Position numbers and translations under genes: made by a program
NCBI GenBank assembly: GCA_016748015.1
Contig: JAAOMT010000525.1
Coordinates: 1-64,000, forward strand
Length of the DNA: 64,000 nucleotides
Reading direction: 5' to 3'
Source of the DNA: Geosiphon pyriformis uo1
Lineage: Eukaryota > Fungi > Glomeromycota
Notes under the pieces: generated by a model
What the model was told of the DNA's origin: nothing
Databases searched by the model: none
Seen by the model: the letters and a program-made list of their open reading frames with translations, nothing else
In this document: positions 40,962 through 53,594 of the stretch, piece after piece
How the letters are laid out: every line of letters starts with the position of its first letter
How positions within the stretch are numbered: the first letter of the stretch is position 1

Positions 40962-41948
40962 TGTTACTGGAAGTTTTTGGTCTCTTCTTAGCTCTTGTAT
41001 GTTTGTTGTAATGTTGTTAATTCACAATTATGGGAAGTGTTTGAACCTCCAATAACTGAATTTATTTTCAAATTATCTCCTATAATTTGAATTGCTGGGC
41101 TTATAAATGGAATGACCAATTCCATGCCAGTTACTTTATATAGTTACATTGTAGTAAATGTCAACTTTTTCCCAGGAATTGCTTGTCTGGAAGCTTACTA
41201 AAAATGTATAGTTACTTTGCTGTGAAAGTCAACTCTTCTACAGGAATTCTTGTCTGTAGACTACCCAAATAATTTATAAATAAGAAAAGAAAAAAAATAA
41301 AAGAAATATAAAAGAAAAAGTAAAACTGATGATTTATGGAAGTTGTTTCAGATCCAGGCCTAGAAGTGCTTTAACAGTCTACTGAAATTAGTAGCTAATC
41401 AATTTCAAACTGTTAATAGGAATTGGTTAATTTCAAGAGAAATAATTTAAGAATTTGGCTTTTCGAATTTAGTTGATATTTATTTTGTTTTTGTGTATAA
41501 GGGATGATTCTAATTATTAAATCTGAAGTAAAATACATTTTCACAAAGAGAGAAGCTTTTCTTTTATATAACTTGTCATAACACTATTCTATGAACTTGA
41601 ACTTTGCTCTTTTCTACAATTTTGCTGAACTAAAGATACATTTCGGCGAACTACAAGTTATTTCTATGAACTATTAAATATTTCGGTGAACTATCAATTA
41701 TTTTGGCGAATTTCTACAAATTTTGGCAAACTTTTAAATGTTATATATTTCGGGATATTGTATGATTGATCATTGCACTTAGGTTACATTTGTGTTATGT
41801 ACAAATTGGATTATTAATTAAATAATAATTTCGGACATTTTGCTAATATAATAAGTGATAATTTGAAACAATAATATATGCTAATTAATGATAAGATTTA
41901 TAAGGGTAATTTCATGCTAAACAATATCTCTAATTTTGTCTGGTAACA
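40962..41948 (-). repeat. 3' LTR of copy A
   Basis: Direct repeat of 49847-50833 with TGTTAC..GGTAACA termini. Confidence 0.95.
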
Positions 41949-42594
41949 TAATTTTCTCCTTAAGACTGAGTTCCATTGAAGTCCAAGTACTGTCTGTAAT
42001 TTTCAGATAATAATCCAAAATTATTAAAGAAATTTGGTCTGAAAATTGTTGAAATTTCAGTTCTGTGAGCTTTCCAATATATTGAATCTTCAAAGGCTGT
42101 AAAATTGGGTTTTGTAGGACGTTTTCACAGGTGTGGAATAGGTCATAAAGTCTAAGAGCAGCTTTTAGTTTATAATGACTGTTTGTAGGTCCAGTTGTTG
42201 TCTTGAATTCATTGTAGAGTTGTTTCCGAATAGCTTTTTTTGTGAGGTTTGCTGCTGTAAGCTCCCATTTTTGTTCATGAAGTGTTTTTCCAATGTAGAA
42301 ATATCTATATATTGGAGTATAGTCATAGTTTTCTTCATTAAGACACAGTTGAAGTTTTTGTTGAATAGTAGCATTTGGTGGAATACTAATAGGAGTGAGC
42401 ATTAAGTTTTCTCTTAAAGCAAGCTTTAGAAGTTCTGACAGATGAATTCCAGAATAACTTCTTGTGTTTTTTTTATACAGATAATATTTTTGTGCATTTG
42501 GGGCTAAATTTGTAACCATTTCTGTTTGGGTATAATTAATGTGGTTTCCAGTAATAGTAATAGATAATTCGGGTATTGTTTTTAAAGTTAACAT
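41917..42594 (-). CDS. Accessory ORF3 of copy A (225 aa, unknown function), overlapping the PPT and the start of the 3' LTR
   Basis: Open 225-codon ORF downstream of integrase, homologous to 61818-62494. No signal peptide or clear TM segment. Confidence 0.7.
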   Translation of the reverse strand: MLTLKTIPELSITITGNHINYTQTEMVTNLAPNAQKYYLYKKNTRSYSGIHLSELLKLALRENLMLTPISIPPNATIQQKLQLCLNEENYDYTPIYRYFYIGKTLHEQKWELTAANLTKKAIRKQLYNEFKTTTGPTNSHYKLKAALRLYDLFHTCENVLQNPILQPLKIQYIGKLTELKFQQFSDQISLIILDYYLKITDSTWTSMELSLKEKIMLPDKIRDIV

Positions 42595-42758
42595 TAGTTT
42601 TTAGGATAATTGTTGAATGTTTTGAGGAATAGACATTATAAGAGATTTGAAAATAAAAGAAAATTATTTTTGGTGTATGGGTTTTTATGTTATTTTTGTT
42701 TTGTTTTTGTGAGATTGTTTTTAAATTATAATAATATAACTATAATAATAAATTTAAA

Positions 42759-44144
42759 TTAAGTGTTCAAGTTGGGAGGTTGTTCAATGACAACTATTGG
42801 TTCTAATTTTCAGGAAATATTTTCGGGATTGATTAAAGAGGAATGTGTACCAATTTGTGGAATTAATGGTTCAGGATTGTTTCTGGAATTATAGTGTTTT
42901 AAACAATCTTCATGTGCAACTTTTGCTAGGATTTTGTCATCAAGTCTTAGCTTGTATGATCCGTTGCCTAGGACTTCATGGATAAAGAATGGTTCATCCC
43001 ATTTATTTTCAAATTTTCCACTCCATTGTTTTTCAGCTTTAGTTCTGTGTAAGAGAACTTTGTTTCCAATTTTAAATCCATTGGTAACTGGAGGCAATTT
43101 GTCGTCATGCCATTCTTTTTGTTGAGCTTGGAAGTGTTTAATATGGGTGGCTGCTATTTGTTATTTTCCTTCCAATGTGCTAAGCAGAATGTAGACTCTT
43201 TGTTGTAGTGTTTCCTGGAAATTGTTTTTATTGATTGGTTGTGTTGGGTGTGTTTCCATGGTGAAACTAATTGGTAATGTTGCTGTCCTTCCATAAGTTA
43301 AATCAAATGGTATGTGTTTTGTGGTATCTTGTTTTAGTGTTTTATATGCCAGTAACACTGATGGAATAAAGAGATCTCATTCTTGCTTAAAATCGGTTGA
43401 GACTTTGGCTAATGATTCACACAATGTTCTATTAAAACGTTCTACAAGTCCATTTGTTTGTGGATGGTAGGGTGAAGATAATGGTCTCTTGACATTAAAT
43501 CGTCCACAAATTTTCTGGATTAAATTGTTCACGAAATGTGTTCTTTGATCAGATAAAAGTTCTATTGGGCATCTATATCTACAAATGATGTCTTCATAGA
43601 TGAAGTTTGCTACTGATTTTGCATCTGCTTGTTAAATGGCTCTGGCTTTAGGCCATTTGGTGAGATAGTCTACAACTACTGCAATATAATGATTTCTTTG
43701 GTTTGTGATAAGGAGTGGTTTGACTAAATCGATACCAACTTGGTCAAATGGCTGTCCAATTTTGATTGGATTTAAAGGTTCTGTAGGGCGAGTTTATTCT
43801 CTTTTTTAACAACTATCACAAGACTTAACATATTCATAAATGTCTTTTCTCATCTGAGGCCAAAAATAATATACTAGTGTTCTCTGGATGGTGCTGTCTT
43901 TTCTTAGGTGTGCTGATGAAGAGTCTGAGTGTATGTTATATAAAATAGTTTTTTTTTCATGTTCTTGTATTAATCTGAGCGGATTGTCTGGGTTTCTGAA
44001 GTTTTGATAATAAATAATGTTGTTGTGTAAGAAGTATTGTTTGGCTTGTTGTTGTAACCAATGTTTTTCATCTGGGGACCAATCTGTTGGGATTGTTAAT
44101 GTCTTCAGATATTGTTTAAGATTGTTGTAGTTTTCGGGGTTTAT
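42759..44144 (-). pseudogene. Integrase of copy A
   Basis: H..H..CxxC zinc domain, GIDLV, PYHPQTNGLVERFNRTL, GPY/F-type W.EPFFIHEVLGNGSYKL and C-terminal EPIVVIE. Multiple stops. Confidence 0.88.
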
Positions 44145-44189
44145 TGTTTGTTGTTTTGTTGTTAATTCAATTGGTTTTGTTTTTATGTT

Positions 44190-47100
44190 CTAATCTTGTC
44201 TCATTCTTGAGAGACAATCAATATTAGTGTGGAGTTTTTTTGGTTTGTGATGTACAATGTATCGATAGTTGGCTAAAAATCCTGTCCATCGGGTTTGTTT
44301 GGCATTCAGCTGAGTGTTTTTGTTTTGAAGCTATTTGAGTCCAATATTATCAGTGATAATATCGAATTCTTTGGGTCTGAGGTAAAGGTTGAAGTGATGT
44401 AGAGCCCAGATTACTGCTGCAGTTTCTAATTCTGTTGCAGGGTAGTTCTTTTCAGCTGGCTTCAATGTTCTGCTAGCATAAGCAATTACTTGCTCATTTC
44501 TATTATCATCTAACTGTGATAGGATGGCACCAAAGGCAGTATAAGAGGCATCTGTTGCTAACCAGAATTGGTTGCTGAAATCTAGGTAGGCGAAAATTGG
44601 AGCTGTGATTAGTTTTTTTTTGAGAATTTCAAATGCATTTTGGTGTTCAACAGTCCATTTGTATTCAACATTTTTGGTAGTAAGCTGGTTGAGAGGTTTT
44701 GCAATTTCTGAGAATTCTTTGATAAACTTCTAATAGTAGGAGGCTAACTTTATAAATCTTCTTAATTCTGTAATGTTTTGAGGAGTTTTGAAGTTTTTGA
44801 CAGCACTGATTTTTCCAGGGTCTGGTTTGATTCCATCTTTACTAACAATGTGACCAAGAAAGACCAAGCTTGTTTTTCCAAAGTAGCATTTTTCGATGTT
44901 GAGTTTCAGTCCTGCTTTTCGTAATTGTTGAAATACTTCTCGCAGGTGTTTTAAGTATAATTCAAATGATGGAGAATAAACATCAGTATCATCAAAATAA
45001 ACAACTACTGACTTCCAAAAGAGTCCTTTATATACAATATCTATTAATCTTTGAAATGTTGCTGGTGCATTGCATAATCTGAAAGACATTACATTGAATT
45101 CGTAGTTTTTTTTTTGGGTTGTAAAGACTGTTTTGAGACAATCTTTGGAATTCATGGCAACTTGCTAGTATCCGCTTTCTAGATCTAGTGTTGAAAAGTA
45201 TTTGGATTTTCCAAGGGCATCTAACATGTTATTGATTTGGAGAAGAGGGTAAGCATCTTCCATAGTGACACTATTAAGTTGTCGATAATCAACACAAAAT
45301 CATATCTTTCCATTTTTCTTCTTAACTAGGACCACAAACAAGGCCTATGGACTCATTGATGATTGAATAAACCCATTGTTAAGCATCTGTTGTATTTTTT
45401 CTCGGATAAATTGGTAATTTTCTGAAGCAACTTGGTAGGCTTGTTGTTGCCTTGATTTGGCATCTTTTGTATAGATTTGGTGTTGAACCAAATCAGTTCT
45501 TCCTAAGTCATTGTTGTTTTTGGCAAAGATATCGGCAAATTCTGCAATTAGCTTTTTAAGCTGGTTTTGTTGTTGTGGTTCAAGTTGTCCTATGTTAATT
45601 CAAGATAGTTTTTCTATAACAACATGGTAGTTTTCAGAGCTGGTATTTGGGTTGAATTTTGGTAGTAAATGTCCAATAATTTCAGAGAAATTGGTGATTG
45701 TTTAGGGTAATTCTTGTTGAAAGATATTACTGTAAATAACTCTAATTTCTAAGTTATTTAATAAAACTATGGGGAAATTGTTGGAATTGTAAAAAGTAAC
45801 TCAGATTTTCTTTGTTTCTTCTGGAATATAAATGTTTGGGATCGAGATATTATATTCCAAGCAGATTTGTTTGTTGGACTCAAAAATTTGTTGTGTGGTT
45901 GTTGGCTTTTCACAAGTATAAATTTCAGGGTGTTCTCCAAAGGATGAAATGGTAATTGGTTGTGGAAGTCGTAAAATCTGGTGAGATTTTTTCTGTTCGT
46001 TGAGGGCTATGTTTACTGGAACTGTGAATCGTCCAGTTGAACCAAAACCTTGGGTTCCTCTTTCATTTTTTCCCAATAGTTCTCTTTGATTGACTAATTG
46101 TAAACCCGAAATGTTAATTAAAGATAAATAAATGGTTTGGGCAATTTTCTTGGCATGTTCAATCTTAAACAGCTTGTCAGTTTTGTTTTGGAGTATTATT
46201 GTTATATCACCAGTATATCCAGCATTGATTATTTCTTCTCTGACATTGATTTCTTTGCTTGCCAGAGAGGACTGGGAGGCAATTTGAACTATTGCTCCTG
46301 GTGGGATTTCGAGAGCAATTTTGAGGTTGATTTTTGTGAGAGATTTGGGTTTGAGAACAAGAGTATCCTTGTCTGGATATCTTAGGTCATATCCAGCATC
46401 AATTTTATGTGCTTTTTTGGGTTTTATTCCTTGTCCATTGTTGTTGAAGTATTTGAATTATAAGACAGACTGGTTTTCGATGAGATAGATGGGTGTTGCT
46501 TCAATTTCTTCTGTTGCTTCAGGTTCTCCAAATTCAATTTTATTCTCATTGTTTTTACTGGGCAGAGGAATGCAAAGAGCATAGCATTCAGGACACCACT
46601 GTTCATCACATAGCCTAATGTTTATTTGCTTTAATCATTGAATTTGAGCTTCTTGGGTTGGGTAGATGTGACTTGCAATTTGGTGGTAGACTTCTACTTC
46701 ATCTTTGTAATCAAATCCAGCTAATTCTATGGTGTATTCAATGTATTCTGCTTCCTTCATTTGATGGACATCTTCTTTGATAGCTCCATTAATTAATGCC
46801 ATTGCTAGGTCAAAAATCATCTTAGCATTATGAGGGTAGTAATAAAGTTTGTTAAGAGCACTATTGTATGCCGCATTAAAGGGTGTTTCTTTTTTTACTT
46901 TTTCTGAAATTGATAAAGCATATTGGCAGGTCTAATTAAAGACTCCTCCTTTCATTGCTACATCAATCTAATTGCATTCTTCTGGTAGCATATCTCCACA
47001 AGTCAAACAAGGGGTGTTATCCTATTTTCTGTTTCTTTTTATTAGATGGTCTCATCATTCTCTATGGCAAGTCTTGCAGTAATAACAAATATGATTTTCA

Positions 47101-49802
47101 TATTCTTTTTCAAGTGAAATGCAGACTCCCATTGAGGAGAGTTTCTTGTGGCAGTCCTTGCATTTGAGTGGAATGTAGAGGTGTTGTTTTTGTGGTTTTG
47201 GTTTTGAATAGGGGACATTCCATCTGGTTGTCACTGGTTTTTTTGTTTCAAGAGAATCATTTGTTGAAAAGTACTGTTGTTCAGTTTCATCAGCCCAATT
47301 GGAGGTTGATCCAAGTGTCATAAATGTTTTAATGATGGGCTTTTTTTCTTCCGGTTCAAATTCAAAAGCCGGGACTTTTTCGGAGCATTTGTTAAATGTA
47401 CCACAAGTGGCAGATACCTGGGCATATTGTCTTTGGTAGAAGATTGTTAACTCTTGTGTTTCCCAATTCAGATTAGCATTGGCTTTTTGAAGCCAATCAT
47501 TTCTGACAAGAGCTTGGTACTGGGGTGTGTTCATTACAAGAACTTTAACTGGAATGGTGATTCCATCAAGAGTGAACAAAAAATTGTCAATTTCTCCTAC
47601 TGGAGTCTTTTTCATGCCATCGGCAGTAATGATTACTGTTTGAGCTGGTTGGTCAACATTTCTCTTTAACTGTTGCATTAACTGGTAGGTAAGGATGTTT
47701 CCAGCAGATCTACTGTCTAGGATCAAGTAAATTGCCTTTCCTTCAACTTCTGCTTCAGTGTACATAGCAGTGATTGCTTTTTGTTTGTTGGCGGCCACAT
47801 TGCTAAGCAGGAATAGTGACTTATTTGCTTCAAACTCAAAAGGGAATATGTCTGAAAGGTTGGTGTTTTCAGCAATTCTGGCTGATGAGATTGTGGTAAG
47901 AGTATAGGAAGGGTTTTGTTGTCATGCTGCAGCTCTATCTTCCGAAAGTGCAGTATGGTGAAAATCCTGTTATTCAGGTATTGTAAGATAGCTAGGTTGA
48001 GTATGATAATGGGTGGGTTTTGGTTGAGCTGGATTTCAGAAAACTAATTGGTTATTTGAATTGATTCTATTGTTGTTTACTTGGTATCAGTTTTGTGGTG
48101 TAAATTGATTTTGTGGGATTAATCTTCGAGCAGGCACTTGATAATGTTGTGTGGGTGGTTGTTGGTATTGCTGTTGAATTGGCTGTGAGGCAGGCTGATA
48201 ATAGTTACTTTGATATTGGGGTCTTGGTAGATAGTAAGCTGGTGGTGGTAGTTGATAATAAGATTGCTATGGTGGAAAGTAATGTTGATTATTCTTATTT
48301 TGTTGGTCTCGTTATAGCTTTCTGCAATCTCTTTTCCAGTGGCCAGAAATTCCACAGTAATGGCAACTCTGAGGCTGGTTATTAGAGGGTGATGTGAAGT
48401 TGTTTTGATTCCATCTTTGGGGTGGTTGATATCTTTGGGGTTGCTGTTGTTGTTGGTTGGTGAAATAGTTTTCAACTTTCTTTGCGAGTTGGTCAATTTT
48501 CTCTTCAGCTGCTGAGCTGGTTTCTCCAATGACTAAGTTTACGAGTTTTGTATGATTGGCTTCTTCTATGGCCATTTCATATCTCTTTGCATGCTGAATG
48601 GCAGAGTTTAAATTTTCTGGGGCATGTGGGTGAACTTTTTTAATCAGTTTATTCTTTAAACCAGTAATAAATTGATCCAAGATTTGAGCATCAGAATAAT
48701 AATCATTAGTTTCAAGTTGGCGAATTCATTTGAGAAGTTTGTTGAATTTTCTAATATAAGTCATAACAGATTCAAAGGGTTCTTGTTTGATATTACGAAA
48801 ACAATTTCGAAGAGTAATTGAGGTGTTGTTATCGGTGAATTGTTCTAAAAAGGCAGTTTTGAAAACTGTCCAGTCATTAAAAGAGGTGGTCAAGTTTTCA
48901 AACCATTTGCCTGTTGTTCCTTTGAAAAAGTAGGAAATTGTTTTTAACATTCTGGCAGTATTCCATCCATTTGCATCTCCAGCTTTAGTAATTTGGTCGA
49001 GCCATTCTTGGGGACTGGTCTTAATGTTTTCTCCATTAAATTCAGGGATTTTTGCAATGTATGCTGTCATTTTGTCTTTTTTGTTTTCACTGTTTATTGA
49101 TTCTTCTTCAGATATTTCAGAGTTGTTTTCTTCATTTACTGCTGTCTTAGAGTGTTTACTTCGATTTTCAGCTAGAAAGTCAAGAAGATTGGAACTAGTT
49201 TGAAGGAGTTCTTGTTGTCTGGTGGGACTTCTGGGTGATGTAAAATCTTTTAGTCTTGCAAATCGATTTAAGGGTGAATTAGGTGTTTGTGCTTGTGCAA
49301 GTGAAGTTGAAAAAGGTGTGATAATAAGTGGAAGTTTTGAACTGGTTCTTTGTTCAGGTGTTTGTAAGTGTTTGGCAGTTGTTTTTGGTAGTATTAGAAT
49401 ATTTGGGGTGGTTTTTGAGTATTGCTTCAATTTTTGTTTGCTTTTGTTGCTTGTTTCTGTCTCTGATTCAAAATCAATGGAGTATTGAAACTGTACTGGA
49501 TATGTTTCTTCACAGTACTTGATAATGTTAAAATTTAGTTCTTGAAAGTAAGTGGCAAGTGTTTTACTGTTAAGGTCTTCAGTTTCCAACTGTGAATAGT
49601 GTACTAAATTATTGTAAAAGTTGCTTCTAACTTCTAAGATATTGTAATTTCCAAAAAAATAATTGTTGATGTGGTTTTCAATGTATTGGTATACTGATTT
49701 CTTGACAACTTCAATTCCGTCTGAAATGTTGAATCTTTGCTTGCAGTGGGTGTAAATTGATTGGTAATACTCTAGAGTTGTTGCGTCTGGTGTGGTCGCC
49801 AC
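44190..49802 (-). pseudogene. gag-PR-Cys-rich-dUTPase-RT-RNase H polyprotein of copy A
   Basis: IPEFNG capsid start, CHYCGISGHWKRDC knuckle, ILDSRSA protease, AGYDL..RGTQGFGSTG dUTPase, YFDD RT, and TDAS..ELE..DCLSR RNase H. Confidence 0.9.
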
Positions 49803-49830
49803 TTTGAAGTTGTTTTGCTGTGTTGTTTTT

Positions 49831-49844
49831 GTGGAAGAGCACCA
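49831..49844 (-). promoter_or_regulatory. Primer-binding site of copy A (TGGTGCTCTTCCAC)
   Basis: Starts with TGG 2 nt inside the 5' LTR boundary; shared with copy B. Confidence 0.75.
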
Positions 49845-49846
49845 AA

Positions 49847-50833
49847 TGTTACCGAAGGTTTTTGGTCTCTTCTTAGCTCTTGTATATTTGTTGTAATGCT
49901 GTTAATTCACGATTATGGGAAGTGTTTGAACCTCCAATAACTGAATTTATCTTCAAATTATCTTCTATAATTTGAACTGCTGGGCTTATAAGTGGAATGG
50001 CCAATTCCATGCCAGTTACTTTGTATAGTTACATTGTAGTAAATGTCAACTTTTTCCCAGGAATTGCTCATCTAGAAGCTCACTAAAAATGTGTAGTTAC
50101 TTTGCTGTGAAAGTCAACTCTTCTACAGGAATTTTTGTCTGTAGGCTACCCAAATGATTTATAAATAAGAAAAGAAAAAAAATAAAAGAAATATAAAAGA
50201 AAAAGTAAAACTGATGATTTATGGAAGTCATTTTGGATCCAGGCCTGGAAGTGCTTTAACAGTCTACTGAAATTGGTAGCTAATCAATTTCAAACTGTTA
50301 GTAGAAATTGGTTAATTTCAAGGGAAATAATTTAAAAATTTGGCTTTTCGAATTTAGTTAATATTTATTTTGTTTTTATGTGTAAGGGATGATTCTAATT
50401 ATTAAATCTGAAGTAAGATATATTTTCTCAAAGAGAGAAGCTTTTCTTTTATACAACTTGTTGTAACACTATTCTATGAACTTAAATTTTGCTCTTTTCT
50501 ACAATTTTGCTGAATTAAAGATACATTTCGACGAACTACAAGTTATTTCTGCAAACTATTGGATATTTCAGTGAACTATCAATTATTTTAGCGAATTTCT
50601 ACAAATTTCGGCAAACTTTTGAATATTACATATTTCGGGGTATTGTATAATTGATCATCGCACTTAGGTTACATTTGTGTTATATACAAATTGAATTATT
50701 AATTTAATGATAATTTCAGACATTTTGCTAATGTAATAAGTGATAATTTGAAACGATAATATATGCTAATTAATGATAAGATTTATAAGGATAATTTCAT
50801 GCTAAACAATATCTCTAATTTTGTCTGGTAACA
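49847..50833 (-). repeat. 5' LTR of copy A
   Basis: 987 bp, direct repeat of 40962-41948. Confidence 0.95.
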
Positions 50834-53594
50834 CTGTGTTTCTATAGTTCATTGGGAATACCAGAAAGCCCAACAGCCTTGTTATCTGGCAAGTCTCTGA
50901 TGATCCACAGAAGTTCTTCCATGCTAATATTACTCATAACCCCAGAAAATGTATCATCATCTATGTGACTTAAAAGAGCATATTAAACACTTCAGCAACC
51001 CAACAGAGCACCAGTAACCAAGTATTTTCTTGTCCAATTTTCCATTATAGTATCAATTGAAGATTTGATCACCTAAAGCTCCAAGATAAACTTATTGTCA
51101 ACAATTAAATAATTAAGAACCATCTTTCTGAAGAGTCAATCTAGGATGTTATTTATTATTTACTCCTTATCTATGCAAAAATTTTCCATGTATTTTGACA
51201 CAGTCTTCCTAATAGAATCATTCTTGACAACTTTGAATTCGTGATACTTGGACCTGTGGTAATCTCTTTTGACAACCAAAATATGATGTACAAAATCCTC
51301 AACCTTAATACTCTTATTGATTATAACACAAACCCTGGATGCTTCATTGCCATCTATGCTTGCCCAGATACCAACCAAGCAGTCAATCTCTGAACTCAGA
51401 CCCAAATTTAAACTACTAAAAATTTTAAACACCAGTAATTCTAATCTGTAAAACTTAGAAGATAACTTGTTCCTTGTACTTTCAAACTCTCTAAATCAGA
51501 GTCTGGAGAATATTTTATCAGCAGAGTTAACCACCACTTCTCTAAAAATATTCCACATGTTGTTTAAATCACTATTGTGTTCAGTGACATGAAAATCAAC
51601 TGCCTTCTTCAAAAATTTGCCCACAGAGTACTCCATAAAGTGTTCCTACCCATTGACATCCATGTCTTTTAGCTTGAATTTTCAATAATCTTTATTTGTT
51701 TGTTTGCATAAAACTCCCAACCAAACATCTAAAAGCCCACCCAAATCTACCAAGACTGAGATAGCTTTGTAATTAGTATCAAAAAATTCAGATACAGAGT
51801 TAATTTTATGACTGGTCACAGCCAAAATTAGAGTCTTACTAATCAAGATGTGATCAATAACTTTTTCAACATTCTTCAAGTTGCTCTATGTAGAGGTTCC
51901 AGCCAAAGAATATTCACCAAAGGAATTGACCAAGCCCAAACTCAAACAAAATTCATAACTCGCACTTTTTTTAGAACTGCATTCATTAAAATTACCACTT
52001 AAGACAACAAAACTACTGAAATTAACTACCCAAGCTATAAAAGAATTAACACTAAATGTTTGTTCTAATCGTCCACTTGAAAAGGCACAAGCATATAAGC
52101 CAATAATTAAAACCAAAACTCTGCTCATGAAAAAAAGATGCACTAAAACAATGTGACTAGGAACTTTTTCTATCTTGGAAACATGTTAAGCCAAAGAATT
52201 GTCTATAATTATTGTCACACCAGTTCCAAGAAACCCACTATCCAGACCAAATGTAAAAATGCACATACTTTTAAACTTGTTCATAATCCATGGTCTGATG
52301 CTGGGCTTTAATTTTGTCTCAGTAATTATAGACACCATATTACTTGATTTTTTGTGCCAACAAACAACATCTTCCTGCTTGGCAGGAACATTGATGCCCC
52401 AAACATTGCATGTAGCTATCTTCTATATCAAACCACTTATTGGGACAAAAAGAATAACAAAAGACCCAAACCAGCACACAAATAATCTAATTTTGCCAAA
52501 ACTGAACCAACAGAAGCCTCAAAAACCACCAACTTAGATTCCAAACTGCCAATCTTGGTTATTAAGACCTTTGAACTACTCTGACCCAAGACTGAAATGC
52601 TAGAAAAGACAAAAGAAAGAGGTGAAAGTACCAACTCCAGACCATTCACAACTATATTTAAAGTCAAATCTTTTTTGGCAGTGACCAAGACAGCTGAAAC
52701 TTTAGAGGAGAAAGGTAGGACTTGCAGTACCAATTCCATTTTGTTGAGCTTGCACACAATGCTAGAAACTTGGTTGGTTAATAGCTTTAAGGATTGTTTC
52801 AAAGAGGCCAAATGAGCATCCAAAGACAAATTGTCAACTGAGATAAAAAAAATACCACCATTCAAACCTAAGGTGCCAGAGAAAAGGGAACCAGAACCAG
52901 AAGTGAAGCAAAGACTATTAAAGAAACCAACAAGTAAGACCACCTGGGTTCAGAATTTGCTACCAAAGGCAACAGGACAAAATATTGGAACACTTTTCTT
53001 CTCATACAATTTTGTCAACTGAAAATGATGTTCATCAAATGCAACCCTCTTAAATGTTTTTAAAGGCCCAAAAATAGATACAACTGGTGTATCACATTCC
53101 AAAGCAGAATGGCCAAACTTTCCATATCTCTCACACTAAACCAGATCTATTCTTGCCCAAAAAAATTTAACACCACTAAGAATTGGCTCCATGCAAAAGG
53201 CAAATTCCAGATCATTATCAGAATCAAAACCAACCACAGCACAGCAAGTTCTATTGCCAGTTTCCACAGATCTGTTTATGATACAAGTTTTCCCACCAGC
53301 TCTCTCCAGAAGAGTTTTAAGATTATATGTTATTGTTCCCACTGGCAAAGTAAACAAAAGTGCTCTGAACCAATCCTTAGATGTCCAAGTTTCATAATCT
53401 CTCACTGCTTTGGCTATATGCACAGAATTCTTATCTATCAGAAATGACCATTTAGAGGCCAACAAATCAGCTTGGTCTAATTTAACAAACTCCACCACAG
53501 CTTTTTGCCACATTCCAATTAATTGAATTTTGATCAACTTAATTTCCCTAAATTTGGATACTACAGTGATGATTATATCTTTAGGTGTATTCAT
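50834..53594 (-). pseudogene. LINE middle segment: ORF1 3' part (stop at 52437) and ORF2 5' part (APE endonuclease from ~52440)
   Basis: ORF1 ..GKFGHSALEC knuckle remnant. ORF2 begins (M)SGLI*KIATCNVWGINVPAK, followed by ETKL, GNFN and VIDHIL. Confidence 0.85.

Larger units (their letters stand above)
40962..50833 (-). mobile_element. Full-length Ty3/Gypsy LTR retrotransposon, copy A (9872 bp), inactivated
   Basis: TG..CA termini, 987-bp LTRs, perfect 4-bp TSD CTGT (40958-40961 and 50834-50837), PBS, PPT, and PR-RT-RH-IN order. Confidence 0.95.

Noticed and set aside
41917-42594. ORF3 as an envelope gene
   Set aside because: No signal peptide, furin site, fusion peptide or convincing transmembrane anchor.
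49873-50010. 45-codon uORF (MELAIPLIS..) in the LTR of copy A
   Set aside because: The ATG is AAG in both LTRs of copy B, so it is not conserved.
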